This document shows, in pieces, positions 12,831-25,187 of a stretch of DNA of 64,000 bases; the first letter of the stretch is position 1, and the number at the start of each line of letters is the position of its first letter. The DNA comes from Octopus sinensis (taxonomy: Eukaryota): the NCBI RefSeq assembly GCF_006345805.1, contig NC_043001.1:90334001-90398000 (forward strand), read 5' to 3'. The position numbers and the translations under genes were made by a program. A model generated the notes under the pieces. It was not told the origin of the DNA and did no database searches. It saw only the letters and a list, made by a program, of their open reading frames with translations.

Positions 12831-15544
12831 GTATGTATGTACATATGTACGCATGTATGAGTTTGTGTGCATGTGTGTATTAATATACTTATTACTAGGA
12901 ATAGAAATTCTAAGGAAAATGAATGACAAAATGGTGGAGACAAAAAATACAAAAAAAAAACCTGCAACAGGTAAAGACTTTTAATGATGATTGAATAGTT
13001 TAATCGAACGAGGGGGAAACCGAGACTTATAGCAATTTGCAAAATCTGAAATCTGAATATACATAGAAATGTAGTAGGCTTCATAAATATACTTAACATA
13101 AAAGTATGCTATTTTTATCTTTATCGTAGGACATTCCTTTCTACAGATAGTATTGTTTATTGTTTTAAAGACAGTGTCATCGGAAAATGGCGATTTGGTG
13201 ACATTTTGGAGCAGCTGCTATTCACACGTGTAATATGATCAGCAGATATGTATCCTAATCGACATATTTAGTCACATTTCGGCTGTTCATGTATTTTATT
13301 GTCTCTTTTATTCAACAACGATTTAGTAGATACCATTTGCTTATGCTTTGTGAAGGCATAACCTTCGAAGTATAACGTCGTGTAACAGCGGTGAGTCTAA
13401 GGAAAGCTATACTCCAGTAGATATTAGCATCCGTCAAAAATTTCCATAAAACAAAAACAGCATACCCATGAATAACCTTTTGATGGTAAGGAGAATATGT
13501 CTCCTTCGTGTCTTTATCACAGTAAGTTCATCCAGTAGTTATTAGAACATCATCAATAGCTCAATACTTTCTAACTAAATAACACGTATTTTATCTTTCA
13601 TTCTTATTTATTTGAGTTGTTTTCATAATGACGAGTTAGAGTTTAGATAACAAAAACTGAAAATTTACACGCTAAACTTTAGAAAAATCTTGTGTACTTT
13701 TACTATTTCCCTTACAACATATATCTGAAAAGAGCATATTAGCTGATCATTTTTATTTATCTCGGCAAAAACCCCACCCTTTTGAAGTTGGCATTTTGAT
13801 ATTTACTAACATAGACAACTGTAGCTGTAATAATATATGTACATATAAGTTTATATTCTACGTAGAAGTGTAAGTCTCGAGTCAGGTCCTCATAATTGTG
13901 TTTCTTCTCGCAGATTTTGAAAGGGACGCTAACATCTGCAGGGCAACTATCCTTTATAACTGTCCATAACCTTTTCTTTTGCTCCTAACTGTCAGTTATG
14001 TTTACATTTGGCGTACGCTTTTATGGTACAGATTCACCAATATTTCATGCGTTGAACTGAACAACAAAATATTCTTTTATATTTTTGTCAGTACAATCTT
14101 TCTTCCGGAGAGTTTGGTATAATGTTTTAGCAAGGACATCATACATCACCGGAAAATAGTGTCATACTTACCTTTTTCGAACAACTATTTATGAAATATG
14201 TAACATATCCATATTTGTGACATAACCAGAATTTTTGATCGTGTCTCGGAGGTTTAAGATCTTCACGGTATATTGTTCATTTTATATTTTGTAGCTATCT
14301 ACATCTCACCAAAAGCATAACCATCAAAACGTGACGTAATGTAACGACCATGAGTCCAAGAGAAATTGTTAGAGATATCAGCATTTCCCCTTTAGTAAGC
14401 AAACATCTTTTGGTAATTGCAAGTCAGCTCCTTTCATTCTGCATTTGTTTATAGCATATATTCCTTGAGGATCTTAATGGCAAACATACCTGTTTTCATG
14501 CGGCTGTTACACATTCTAACAGCGTTTATGTTGAATAACTAATGAAATTCATGGCTGGCCGAGAGATGGGAGGGTAATTTTTTTTTTTTTTTTTTTGGCA
14601 ACATCAGTTTTTACAGCAATGTGGTAAGGTGGATCACACCATATAAGTCTTTTAAACAAGTGTTTTTTTTTATGGCATTTACGGTAGCAAATGTTAGGTA
14701 AAAACTTATTCCATTTTTGATTGCTATTCTATTTCTTGAAGGACACAAATGTGGTATAGAGGACCCTTACTGTCGTCAGGTTCATTTCGACTATCACCCT
14801 CAATCAAGTTTATTAGATATTGCAATTATTCTTTATTTGTTGGTGATGGATGAACACCGATTCATTCTTTTTTAAATGGTTAAAATATTGCGATCTCAAC
14901 TCCACAAATGTGTATGTGTATGTATGTGTGTATGTATGCATGTATTGCTTTGTTCGTATGTGCGTGTATAAGCATAAATAGAATTAGTCGGTGAAAGTAA
15001 GGCATTTTTCAGAATTTATTATTGAACAAATCAAACACGTTTCCGACTTATTTAGAAACAATCCTTCATGCAGTCTATAGAATCTTCAATACAAAAAAGC
15101 AATTTTTTTATTAATACTGTTATGAATAAAATACTCACTTTATTACACACAGAATGTCACATTCCTTATCCTATTACAAGCAAATAGACGTAGAACAAGC
15201 AAGCAACCAATTTCTGTGTTATACAAATAAAACAGTGCCATGTGACTATCACGTGGTTGAATTGTATTCTCATTATAATTTTAGACATGTTTCATAGTCT
15301 TACTGATAGTTACTTCGCAAAGTAAGACATTTATATCATAATTTCATTATCAAAAGAACATTATAAATAACATCAATCTCACGTGATTTAAATAACCGAA
15401 TTTTAAAGAATTTTGCAGTCTAAATAATTAGCTCGAGTCTTTGCTCCAAAAGACTGCGCGCACACGCACGCACACATACAAACACACGCGCACACACACA
15501 CACATCGCACACGCACGTGTGTGCGTTGTGTGTGTGTGTCTTTG

Positions 15545-15730
15545 TGTTTGGGATTGTTCCCTACAAGCAGTGTCGGTTTGTTTACGTCCCCGTAACTTAG
15601 CAGTTCGGAATAAGAGACCGATCGAATAAGTAGTGAGGTCGAATCGTTCGACTAAATCCTTTCAAGTCGGTTCCCTCGCATTACTGCAGTCCAAAGACTG
15701 ATGCAAGTAAGAGATAAACGATAAAAGCTA
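15545..15730 (+). mobile_element. SINE family C tail
   Basis: GTTTACGTCCCCGTAACTTAGCAGTTCGG...GACTGATGCAAGTAAGAGA matches the other C tails. Confidence 0.7.
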
Positions 15731-16844
15731 AGAAAGACAGACGCACACGCACGAACTATCTCCCATTCTGTGCATGTGTGCATGTGTGCATGTGTGTGTG
15801 CGCGCGTGCGTGCGTGTGTGTGTCTATGTGAGTGTAACTCGCAACTAAAGTAGCATTAAATTCAAATAGCCATCTGTGAATCATACTTAATGTATATACA
15901 CAATTGACAAGAAAGTGAAGTCGTTGATATAATGTATCTAACTATGGATTGTTAATGATTGGGAGGTTTACCGACTTTAAATTTGTTCTTAGCGTGTTAT
16001 CTATTATTAGAGAGGGCGATATACAAGACGGTTTCTTTGATTTGAGCAATTATTCTGTCTTCATGTTGTTGAAATGTATTATATTGTTTTGTTTGCGTTG
16101 GCGGATGTTTTAGAAGTATATTTTCATGAAGTTATTTCAGGTTTGTTGTGAAGTGTGTTGGTTGTATTCTGAATGACGCATCTGTGCCGAAAGCTAAGGA
16201 GAAATGAAGAGTAATATATTGAAGAAAAAAGTCAATATTTTTAGGGGAACAGAAAATAACTAAGAGAATAAAGAGTATGAAGCATAAACGAGCCTTAGAG
16301 TATATCAAACTTAATTGAATCATCTAGAACCTCATAGACACATGCTGCGGTTTGACAAAATGTTTCCGATATAAGACATGCAAGAAAGACGAAGATAATA
16401 TAGCTTGGAAATTCACGTGTCAGAAATTGCCAAAGTTATGCTAATGTCAAGTATGATGACATGCTTTCGCAGAACAATACAACACCGTGATATTAACACT
16501 AGTGTGTGACATTGGAGAACAGATCTTGCTCCACGGATGCTGTGGTAATAGCCACTGAAGAGGGAAAGAAATACGAGATGTCGGAGAAGGTAATTTGTAA
16601 TGGATATTGTCAACCCCCTACTCGTATATGATGGATGTATGAGCAATAGGTCGATAGATAATAATTTTGCCCTTCTTGGTGATGAAACTCACAGAACGGG
16701 ATACATTCGTGTACAAAGATTCCCGTTGAAAGAGAAAGCATGATTAATTTGTTGAGTGCATCGTTTGCTGGTAATGGACGATAGTGACCAGGTAGGTTGT
16801 CTTGATGATGCGAAGTGATCGCAAATGTTTTTTTACTTGTCATG

Positions 16845-16980
16845 TATACTCTTTACTCTCTCTTTTACTCTTTTACTTGTTTCAGTCATTTGACTGCGGC
16901 CATGCTGGAGCACCGCCTTTAATCGAGCAACTCGACCCCGGGACTTATTCTTTTGTAAGCCCAGTACTTATTCTATCGGT
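16845..16980 (-). mobile_element. SINE family C tail
   Basis: TTTCAGTCATTTGACTGCGGCCATGCTGGAGCACCGCC...CTCGACCCCGGGACTTATTC. Confidence 0.75.
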
Positions 16981-17029
16981 ATATGTACATGATTGTGAGA
17001 TTTCGTGGGAGTATTGCTATGTGTATGTA

Positions 17030-17390
17030 TTGTGAGTTGGAAGCGGTATGAGCAACAAGTGTGAACGGTTCTTTAGAATTCTAATGCATATAGCGCCATA
17101 TTTTGTTAAGCGTTCGTGAAGATAATTCCCCAAAGTTGATAGCGTTATTCTTAGCAAGAAAATACGATGGAGGAAGGCATTATTTTCATATTGTACTGTA
17201 GTTTTGATGGAGTTGCCGTAGTGAGTAAAAACTTCTCATACAGTATTTTAACTGGTGTGGGAAACTATGCTCTTCACTCGTGTTGCAACAGTGCACCTCA
17301 GTGCAAACTATTTGGAGGATTTTTAGAAATGAGATTTCATTCTGTGAGGAATACGTAAGAACATGTGCATGCGGATGCTTTCCATCACCT
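17030..17390 (-). pseudogene. Possible highly decayed PLE RT segment
   Basis: Spaced remnants VMES (MGS-like) and SIKTTVQYENNAFLH (IKFTxExExxxLPFLD-like). Many stops; weak. Confidence 0.3.
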
Positions 17391-17566
17391 GTTTAGTAGC
17401 CTCAGATTATTTATGTATAAAGCAGCGGGAGATATGATAGTTTGACCAAAAGAACCGGCTATTGAAAGCAAAAATAAATATGTTTTAAAAAATGCACTTG
17501 GCCAAATTTGGACATACGGCAGTTTAACATAATAGCAAAGATATATGTATGTGTGTGTGTGTGCGT

Positions 17567-17768
17567 AAATATAATATGTGACAATTATTCGGTAGCCATG
17601 ATAAAACTCCGAGTTTCGGTTGTCGGGGCGGAAACCCACGTCGCCATCTCTTCCGTTATCAGGCCATCAAAAAAGTGCTATGAAGAGATGGTGGCGTGGG
17701 TTTCCGCCCCGACATCCGAAACTCGGAGTTTTATCATGGCTACCGAATAATTGTCACATATTATATTT
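17567..17768. repeat. Near-perfect palindrome, 87-bp arms and 28-nt loop, with an HHR core in each arm
   Basis: Arms 17567-17653 and 17682-17768 are reverse complements with ~3 mismatches. Confidence 0.9.
17599..17661 (-). ncRNA. Minimal type-I hammerhead motif (U4G)
   Basis: tgataa CGGAAGA [31-nt stem II region] GAAA ctc-g-gag TT ttatca. Stem I is 6 bp and perfect. A mirror copy at 17681-17736 (+) lacks C3 and the 5' strand of stem I. Confidence 0.65.
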
Positions 17769-17837
17769 ATAGATAAATTCCTCTATTCACATAATATCGC
17801 AGTCTCTTTCATTCTTTTGTTGTCTTACCATTTCTAT

Positions 17838-17880
<43 letters not shown>

Positions 17881-17927
17881 CAATAATAAATTTCAGAGCG
17901 AGTTATAAACAGTAGCTACAACACATC

Positions 17928-18239
17928 GTGACGTATATTTGCCATTTAAATATGGCTAACCCCTAAGGGTGGATGCTACTGTAGTTTGTAGCCCCAGGAG
18001 GACACCTCCTCCCGCTGGCCATAGACACACTCACACGCCGATGACGGATCAATACACAGAAACTCGAGTTCGTGTGTATCATAAGTTGAAGACGGGAAGG
18101 ATGGCTTCCCTTTGCAAATACTGATAGGGCACAGAAAGTGTGTCTATGGCCAGCTGGAGGAGGTGTCCTCCTGGGGCTACAAACTACAGTAGCATCCACC
18201 GTAGGGGTTAGCCATATTTAAATGGCAAATATACGTCAC
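17928..18239. repeat. Fold-back element, ~103-bp arms, HHR in the spacer
   Basis: Arms 17928-18031 and 18137-18239 are almost perfectly reverse-complementary. Flanked by (TA)n. Confidence 0.9.
18032..18076 (+). ncRNA. Minimal type-I hammerhead motif (U4C)
   Basis: cacacg CCGATGA cggatcaatacaca GAAA ctcgag TT cgtgtg. Stem I is 6 bp and stem III is palindromic (CTCGAG). Stem II does not pair in this copy. Confidence 0.65.
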
Positions 18240-18320
<81 letters not shown>

Positions 18321-18340
18321 TATATTTATTATATAGAAGG

Positions 18341-18391
18341 AGCTTCTACAGGACTAGTACTGTTTCATTCAAGAGAAATCTTCAGGAAGCT
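18341..18391 (-). ncRNA. Type-I hammerhead ribozyme, intact core
   Basis: Exact reverse complement of the motif at 18986-19036. Confidence 0.8.
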
Positions 18392-18768
18392 ATTTAACAA
18401 GAATTGTATTAGCATTTATACAATAGGCAGTTTTAAAGGAGTGGTGGTGGGGGACTTTTTGGGGGTAGGCATAGCGCAAAATATCATACTTGGGGGAGTG
18501 GTCAAGGAGTCAGTGGTAAGTTAGATGAAAGAATAGATAAATAAAAAAAAAAATAAAAAATAAAAAATAAAAAATAAAAAATAAAAAATAAAAAATAAAA
18601 AATAAAAAATAAAAAAAAAAAAAAAATAAAAAATAAAAAATAAAATGTGTGCACATACATACATAAACACATATACATACACACACACATACGTACACAT
18701 GGTTTGTATATGTGTTTATGTAGTATGTGCACACATTTTATTTTTTATTTTTTTTATTTTTTTATTTT

Positions 18769-18805
<37 letters not shown>

Positions 18806-18985
18806 ATTTTTTTTATTTTTTATTTTATTTTTTCATTTATCTATTCTTTCATCTAACTACCCTGACTACTCCTTGACCACTCCCCCAAGTATGATATTTT
18901 GCGCTATGCCTACCCCCAAAAAAGTCCCCCACCACCACTCCTTTAACCTGCCTAATTGTATAAATCTAATACAATTCTTGTAAAT

Positions 18986-19036
18986 AGCTTCCTGAAGATT
19001 TCTCTTGAATGAAACAGTACTAGTCCTGTAGAAGCT
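18986..19036 (+). ncRNA. Type-I hammerhead ribozyme, intact core
   Basis: agcttc CTGAAGA t-ttc-tctt-gaa-t GAAA cag-tactagtc-ctg TA gaagct. Stem I 6 bp, stem II 3 bp plus U-U, stem III 3 bp. Predicted cleavage between 19030 and 19031. Confidence 0.8.
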
Positions 19037-19122
19037 CCTTCTATATAATAAATTATTTTACTCTGCTATGTATTGAGTACTTACTTACTGTGGTTAACCC
19101 CGGATCAACCCGGGACCTACAT

Positions 19123-19155
<33 letters not shown>

Positions 19156-19506
19156 CTTTTATCAGAATACCTGTTTATATGTAAATCATACAGATGTATA
19201 AGATATCTACACATGATACGACGAATACACACACACACACACACATGCACGCGCGCGCATGCGTATGTATATGCATGCAAGCTAACTTGTGATACATTTT
19301 GCATTTTCCTTTATGTGGTATATTTGCAGTCCATTCTTCCTGTTCCTTTAATTTCCATAAACATGACATCATAGCAACGACTGCTTGTTTAGTCATCGTA
19401 CACTCTCGCTGATTAAATATTTCACTTGATGAACGAAATAGTGCTTTCCAGGTAAATGTATGCCCACTGGTAACAAAACACACACGTGTGTGTGTGTGTA
19501 TGTATG

Positions 19507-19544
<38 letters not shown>

Positions 19545-19647
19545 TATATTATATATATATATATATATATATCTATATAATATATATATAATAATATATA
19601 TATATATGTAGAGATAGACAGACAGATAGATAGATAGATAGATAGAT

Positions 19648-19710
<63 letters not shown>

Positions 19711-20224
19711 TTTTCGCCAGTTTTAACTACGAGGATTCAGCTGTTACATCGACCGAATTGCTTGTTTCTGAATAATCTTGTTAATGATATACAATTCCAC
19801 AGACGCGAGTGACTTTAACATAACTGTCAGATAAAATCAACAAGACACTGGGTGAAATAAGGTTATACCTTTGAAATGAAGACAGAACTCAACCAACAGT
19901 GGAGAGAAAAACAATTTAAAATCTGAATCAGATATGTGATTCCTGGTTGTTTCCTCTATGCTTAAGCAATCGTTAGAATGGTTTTACATCACTAGCAATC
20001 CCACAGCTAAAGGCTTTCAAATTATTATTTGTACATATTTCTACCTCATTCATGATTCCAGTTCTATGAATTAAGCTCTTTTCTATACACACTCACAAAC
20101 ACACATATATACACAAATGTATATACATATATACCTATATATATATATATATATATATATAGATATATATTATATATATATATATTATATATATATATAT
20201 ATATTATATATATATATTATATAT

Positions 20225-20281
<57 letters not shown>

Positions 20282-20307
20282 TATATATATATATATTATA
20301 TATTATA

Positions 20308-20366
<59 letters not shown>

Positions 20367-20419
20367 ATATATATTATATATATATATATATTATATATAT
20401 ATATATACAGATTTTATTT

Positions 20420-20812
20420 GTTTCAGTTATTCAATCATTTGACTGCGGCCATGCTGGGGCACTGCCTTGAAGAATTTTAATCAAATGAATCGACCTTAAT
20501 ACTTATTTTCTTTTAAGCCTGGTACATATTCTATCAGTCTCTTTTCCCAGACTGCTAATTTAATGGAACGTAAACACACCAACACCGGTTGTCAAATGGT
20601 AGCTGGGGACAAACACAGATATAAAGAGACGCATAGATGATAGATATACATATCTATATATGACGGGCTTCTTTCAGTTTCTGTCTACCAAATCCACTCA
20701 CAAGGCTTTGGTCGGTCCGAGACTATGCCAGAAGACACTTGCCCTGGAACCATGGGATTGTGAAGCAAGTTCTTACCACACTGTCATGTGGTTGAGAAGC
20801 AAGCTACTTACC
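20420..20812 (-). mobile_element. SINE family C (tail, short TA spacer, head)
   Basis: Colinear with 10062-10497 on the opposite strand. Confidence 0.75.
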
Positions 20813-21173
20813 ACATATACTCTCCCACACACACACACAAACATACACACACATGCAAAGCCAGCTCAGTAGCTATATATATAATGTTTAATTATACATT
20901 TCTATTTTGTGTATGTACTTATATGTTTCAGATGTTTCAGGTATTAAGATTTAAGGTCTGTATGTGTGTGTGTACATGCGTGTGCGTGTGTGTGTGTGTT
21001 ATGTATATATGTATATATATATACATATATATATATACACAACACACACATACATATATATATATATAGTTAATCCAAACAAGAAAGCACAAAAAAACAC
21101 AACGCGAGGACGTGGAACAAATATAGTATTATTGAACGCTCAGGAAAGAAGGAAAGATATATATGTATGTAAG

Positions 21174-21220
<47 letters not shown>

Positions 21221-22410
21221 TTGTGTGTTTGTATGTATGTATGTATGTATGTATGTATGTATGTATGTATGTATGTATGTATGTATGTATGTATATGTAT
21301 GCTGAACAGCATCTTTGAGTTTTCCAGAAAAAGTATACGAAGCATGGGACAAAGTTCAGAAAGTGTATTTCTCACGTTCAGAAACAAACATTTCTTTTTG
21401 ACAAACAAAGATACGAGCAAGTTCTTTTCCTGTGTAGAAATTATGATCATTGTATTTTCTGAAGATATAAAGTGTTCATTCATAGAATGTGTAAAGACTT
21501 ATATTCAAATCTTTTTTTCTTTTTTTTTTTGTATAAAATTGTCATAAATATGGGGAAATATGTGAACACTAGGGATTACGTGTGTGATTGTAACAGACAG
21601 AATGGCGTCTGTATCTCAGCTTACTCTCCCTGTGAATTTCTCAAAACAACACCTATGACAAAATGAGGGACATTATGCCGTTTTCGTTCAGAATTCTCTA
21701 CATATAATAAACTTGTTTTTTACATTAAATATTCTGTGTGTGAGGGAACAGAAAGTTTGTAAAAAAAACTTCTTTTCCCTCTTTCTTTTGTCAAATAATT
21801 AAAAAAATATGCGATATATTCATTTTTCCTTGTCAATTTCAATGGGTTACTTTTTATTTATATTTATTTTTTCATCGTTTAATTCTCTCTATATTCTCAT
21901 TTAGTTTCGGAAATTTTGTTTTCTTCATTGGTATGAAGTTTTCAAGGAACTTGCATTAATAAATAAATAAAAGTAAAAAAGAATACTTGAAATAATTTTT
22001 ATTTCGTTGATAACAGCATTTTCCATTTTTTTCTGAAATCATATGTTGCTACTTTTACCGCGGTGATGGTCGTATTTGAAATGATTCTTAGAAACAAACA
22101 AAAAAAAGTATATATCACGTGAACTAAACGTAAGTGTTATTGTAACAAACGCAGGCAGGTATGTAATACCATTTTGTTTAAATTATTTAATTGATCCAAG
22201 ATAGGGAAATTTTAAGAAATCGTTTCAGGTTTGAAAAGGATATTCATTGGTGCCTCGGACATTTTTTTTTTCGAGAAAACACTTCCCAACCTACCATCCA
22301 ATATATATATGTGTGTGTGTGTGTGTGTATAGATGGATTGATTGATTAATTGATTGATATATGTGTGTGTGTGTGTGTATGTATGGACAGATTGATTGAT
22401 TGATTGATTG

Positions 22411-22483
<73 letters not shown>

Positions 22484-22631
22484 TGTTTGCGTGTGTGAGA
22501 GCGCATGTATGCTTGCATTAGTTTCGACTCACAGCACTTTAATTGAAAAAAAAAATGTGAAATATAGTGTGTCTTGAGTATTTTAGATCCGGCAGTACCT
22601 TCGATATTCAGCCATCCGGGACTGATAAAAT

Positions 22632-23073
22632 GGTGCTAATTTGGCGTGTGACCTACAAGGGAGATTACTTTAGGTTACTTTTTAAATCATTCTGTACATA
22701 CTTAGTATCGTAAATGTATTTTTTCAAAATTTTTACTATTTTGATAATAAGAAAACCTTATAATAATTAAAGCGTTAACACTAACACAAAGTAAATTAAA
22801 AAGTAACCTAAAGTAATCTCCCTTTAAATTGTAGATCACACGCCAAAGTGGCACCTTTCTTTTTCTTAAGAAAAGATGAGAATTTAGTGCTGGTTTCTTG
22901 TAAAAATACAACTGCCTTCTGGTTTCTTGTTAAAATGCAACAACCTTCGTCTCGTCGCTGATCACATTGTAAAAATCTCTAGCCAACATCTTACGGGTTT
23001 TTAGAAATTGAAAAGTAAACTAAAAATTAACGCAAAGTAATCTCCCTTGTCGATCACACGCCAAAGTAGCACC
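22632..23073. mobile_element. Non-autonomous DNA transposon, Merlin-like
   Basis: 40-bp TIRs starting GGTGCTA (3 mismatches). Perfect 8-bp TSD GATAAAAT at 22624-22631 and 23074-23081. An extra internal TIR copy lies at 22796-22855. The GG terminus with an 8-bp TSD fits Merlin; hAT or P is not excluded. Confidence 0.65.
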
Positions 23074-23585
23074 GATAAAATAATATATCATTCGAGTATT
23101 GGGGTAGACGGTATCGATAAACTCCCTCGCGTCAAATTCAATAACTTTATGCCTACACTAGAAACTAGAAACGTTAACACATCAGAAAAGACAAGCTGAA
23201 CATGATACATACCCTATTATTAAACATACGATACTATCTTTCACCTCACACGAGACTAGGTACAGAGAAATAGAATTTTCATAAAACAAATTAATAAAAA
23301 CGTTTATTTTCATTTTCTTTGATAACGCCATCATTCCAAAACGATTTTCTATATTATGTTTGAAATAAATATCACTTCTTTTTTTTTTTTCTTTTGCATG
23401 TGGATGCCACAAATCTTATGAAGTTTCTGGTAAGTAGGTTTGCTAACTTGTGTAATCAGTTTTTATTTACGTCGCCAGTAAATGAGAAATATAGAAATAT
23501 CACAGCTTCCGTTTTTTATTGCAAACTAAAAGAATTAACTAACTTCAGTTAAAAATATGTTTTACATGCATAAAAATATAATCAG

Positions 23586-23592
23586 CAAAACA

Positions 23593-23656
<64 letters not shown>

Positions 23657-23668
23657 TATAATTATAAA

Positions 23669-23703
<35 letters not shown>

Positions 23704-23738
23704 TATTATGATTATTATTATTATTATTATCTGTTTTG
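23586..23738. repeat. (AAT)n/(ATT)n fold-back closed by CAAAACAG/CTGTTTTG
   Basis: Directly visible inverted trinucleotide tracts with unique complementary ends. Confidence 0.8.
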
Positions 23739-24143
23739 TACATGTTTTGTCTTGGTATAAAAGATGGGCTACAGCAAATATTCTGCCCAAAATCACAGAT
23801 TTGCTTGTCAGTTGTTTGACCATAACCAGTTGAGCATGTCCTTTGGTGGCTGACAATACATGAATCACTGATCATGAATAATTCACCTCAGGAAACATGG
23901 ATGTTTCGTTCGACATCCTTGAACAACCCTTATTCAAGGACCTTTTCAGTGGGATGGGCTACTCGACCTGAGGAAAATTCATACGCTGTTTATCTTGATA
24001 TGAGATTACCACGTTGCGCACACAAGGTTGTGAAGCATGTTCCTGTTGTACCCTTATCGGATAAGTAGTAATGATGGGTATAATGGTGTTCGTATATTTT
24101 ACCCCAGTGTTACTTTGATGGCATGCACTGCTCTCTCACTCAG

Positions 24144-24183
<40 letters not shown>

Positions 24184-24739
24184 AGTAAAAACAAAAATGA
24201 GACAAAACGAAAATATGTTTATGAGATCGAGGGCTGGAAATGACGTGGTATGCATAACATGATATTTTCTAGATTGACATTTGTTTTCATGATCATTTGA
24301 AATATAATAGGGCAGAATACGTTCAAACAAATTGTCAGCCACCTGCGAAAAGTTATTTATTTTAATTAGAATTGGTTAATGCTTAAGGCTAGAGAAAGAG
24401 TTTACTGCAGGTAAGACTGTTAGTGCCGGTCAGAAAATATTCAAATCCATACATCAAATTTTTATTTCTTTAATATATCTTTTTTATGAAAATACGCAAT
24501 ACGAACATGAAGATTAAATGGTGTAAATCATATATGAAAATGTAACGAGAAAATACACTAAGCATGTAAAACAAAACTAAAGTGGAACTGTTTTCCACTG
24601 ATTCAACCGCCCTCATAAATATACAAGCTTTAAAATACTTTCTTGCTTTCATTTAATGAGCGGCCAGTAATGACAGAATTTTCGACTGAATGCTTAATTA
24701 GTTTTTTTTTTTTCATTTCTCAATATTTTAAGACAGTTA

Positions 24740-25130
24740 AAGGTGGAGCGCTAGCAGAATAGGTAGCACGTCGGGTTAAATGCCTAGCGGCATTTCGTCT
24801 GCCTTTACGTTCTAAGTTCAAATTCCTTCGAGGTCGACTTTATCTCTTATCCCTTTCGGGGTTGATAAAGTAAGTACCAGTTGAACACCGGCGCCCATGT
24901 AATCGACTTACCCACTCCCCAAAATCACAGGCTTTGTGCCAAAATTTGAAACCAATATGGCGAGAAGCAGGCAGAATCGTTAGCACGTCGAGCAAAATGC
25001 CTGGCGACATTTCATCCGTTTTTATGTTTTGAGTTCAAATTCCGCCGAAGTCGACTTTGCCTTTCAACCTTTAGGGGTCGACAAAATAACTACAAAATTC
25101 TGGCCTTATGCCAAAAATTTGAAATCAATA
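24740..25130 (+). mobile_element. Two tandem SINE family B copies
   Basis: Two consecutive GGCAGAAT(A/C)GT(T)AGCACG...GAGGTCGACTTT...AAAATTTGAAA(C/T)CAATAT units. Confidence 0.8.
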
Positions 25131-25187
25131 TTTTAAGACAAACACTGCCAGCATCGACTTTACCTGTCATATTTTCATCAGTTTATA

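Larger units (their letters stand above)
18324..19053. repeat. Large palindrome, ~350-bp arms and ~27-nt loop, with an intact HHR near each outer end
   Basis: Arms 18324-18677 and 18705-19053 are reverse-complementary, including (A5T)n/(T5A)n tracts and microsatellite remnants. Confidence 0.92.

Noticed and set aside
13900-14600. Possible GIY-YIG remnant on minus (NIGES) or an acceptor-led exon on plus
   Set aside because: It needs several frameshifts, and the exon reading hits a stop with no donor. Too weak to call.
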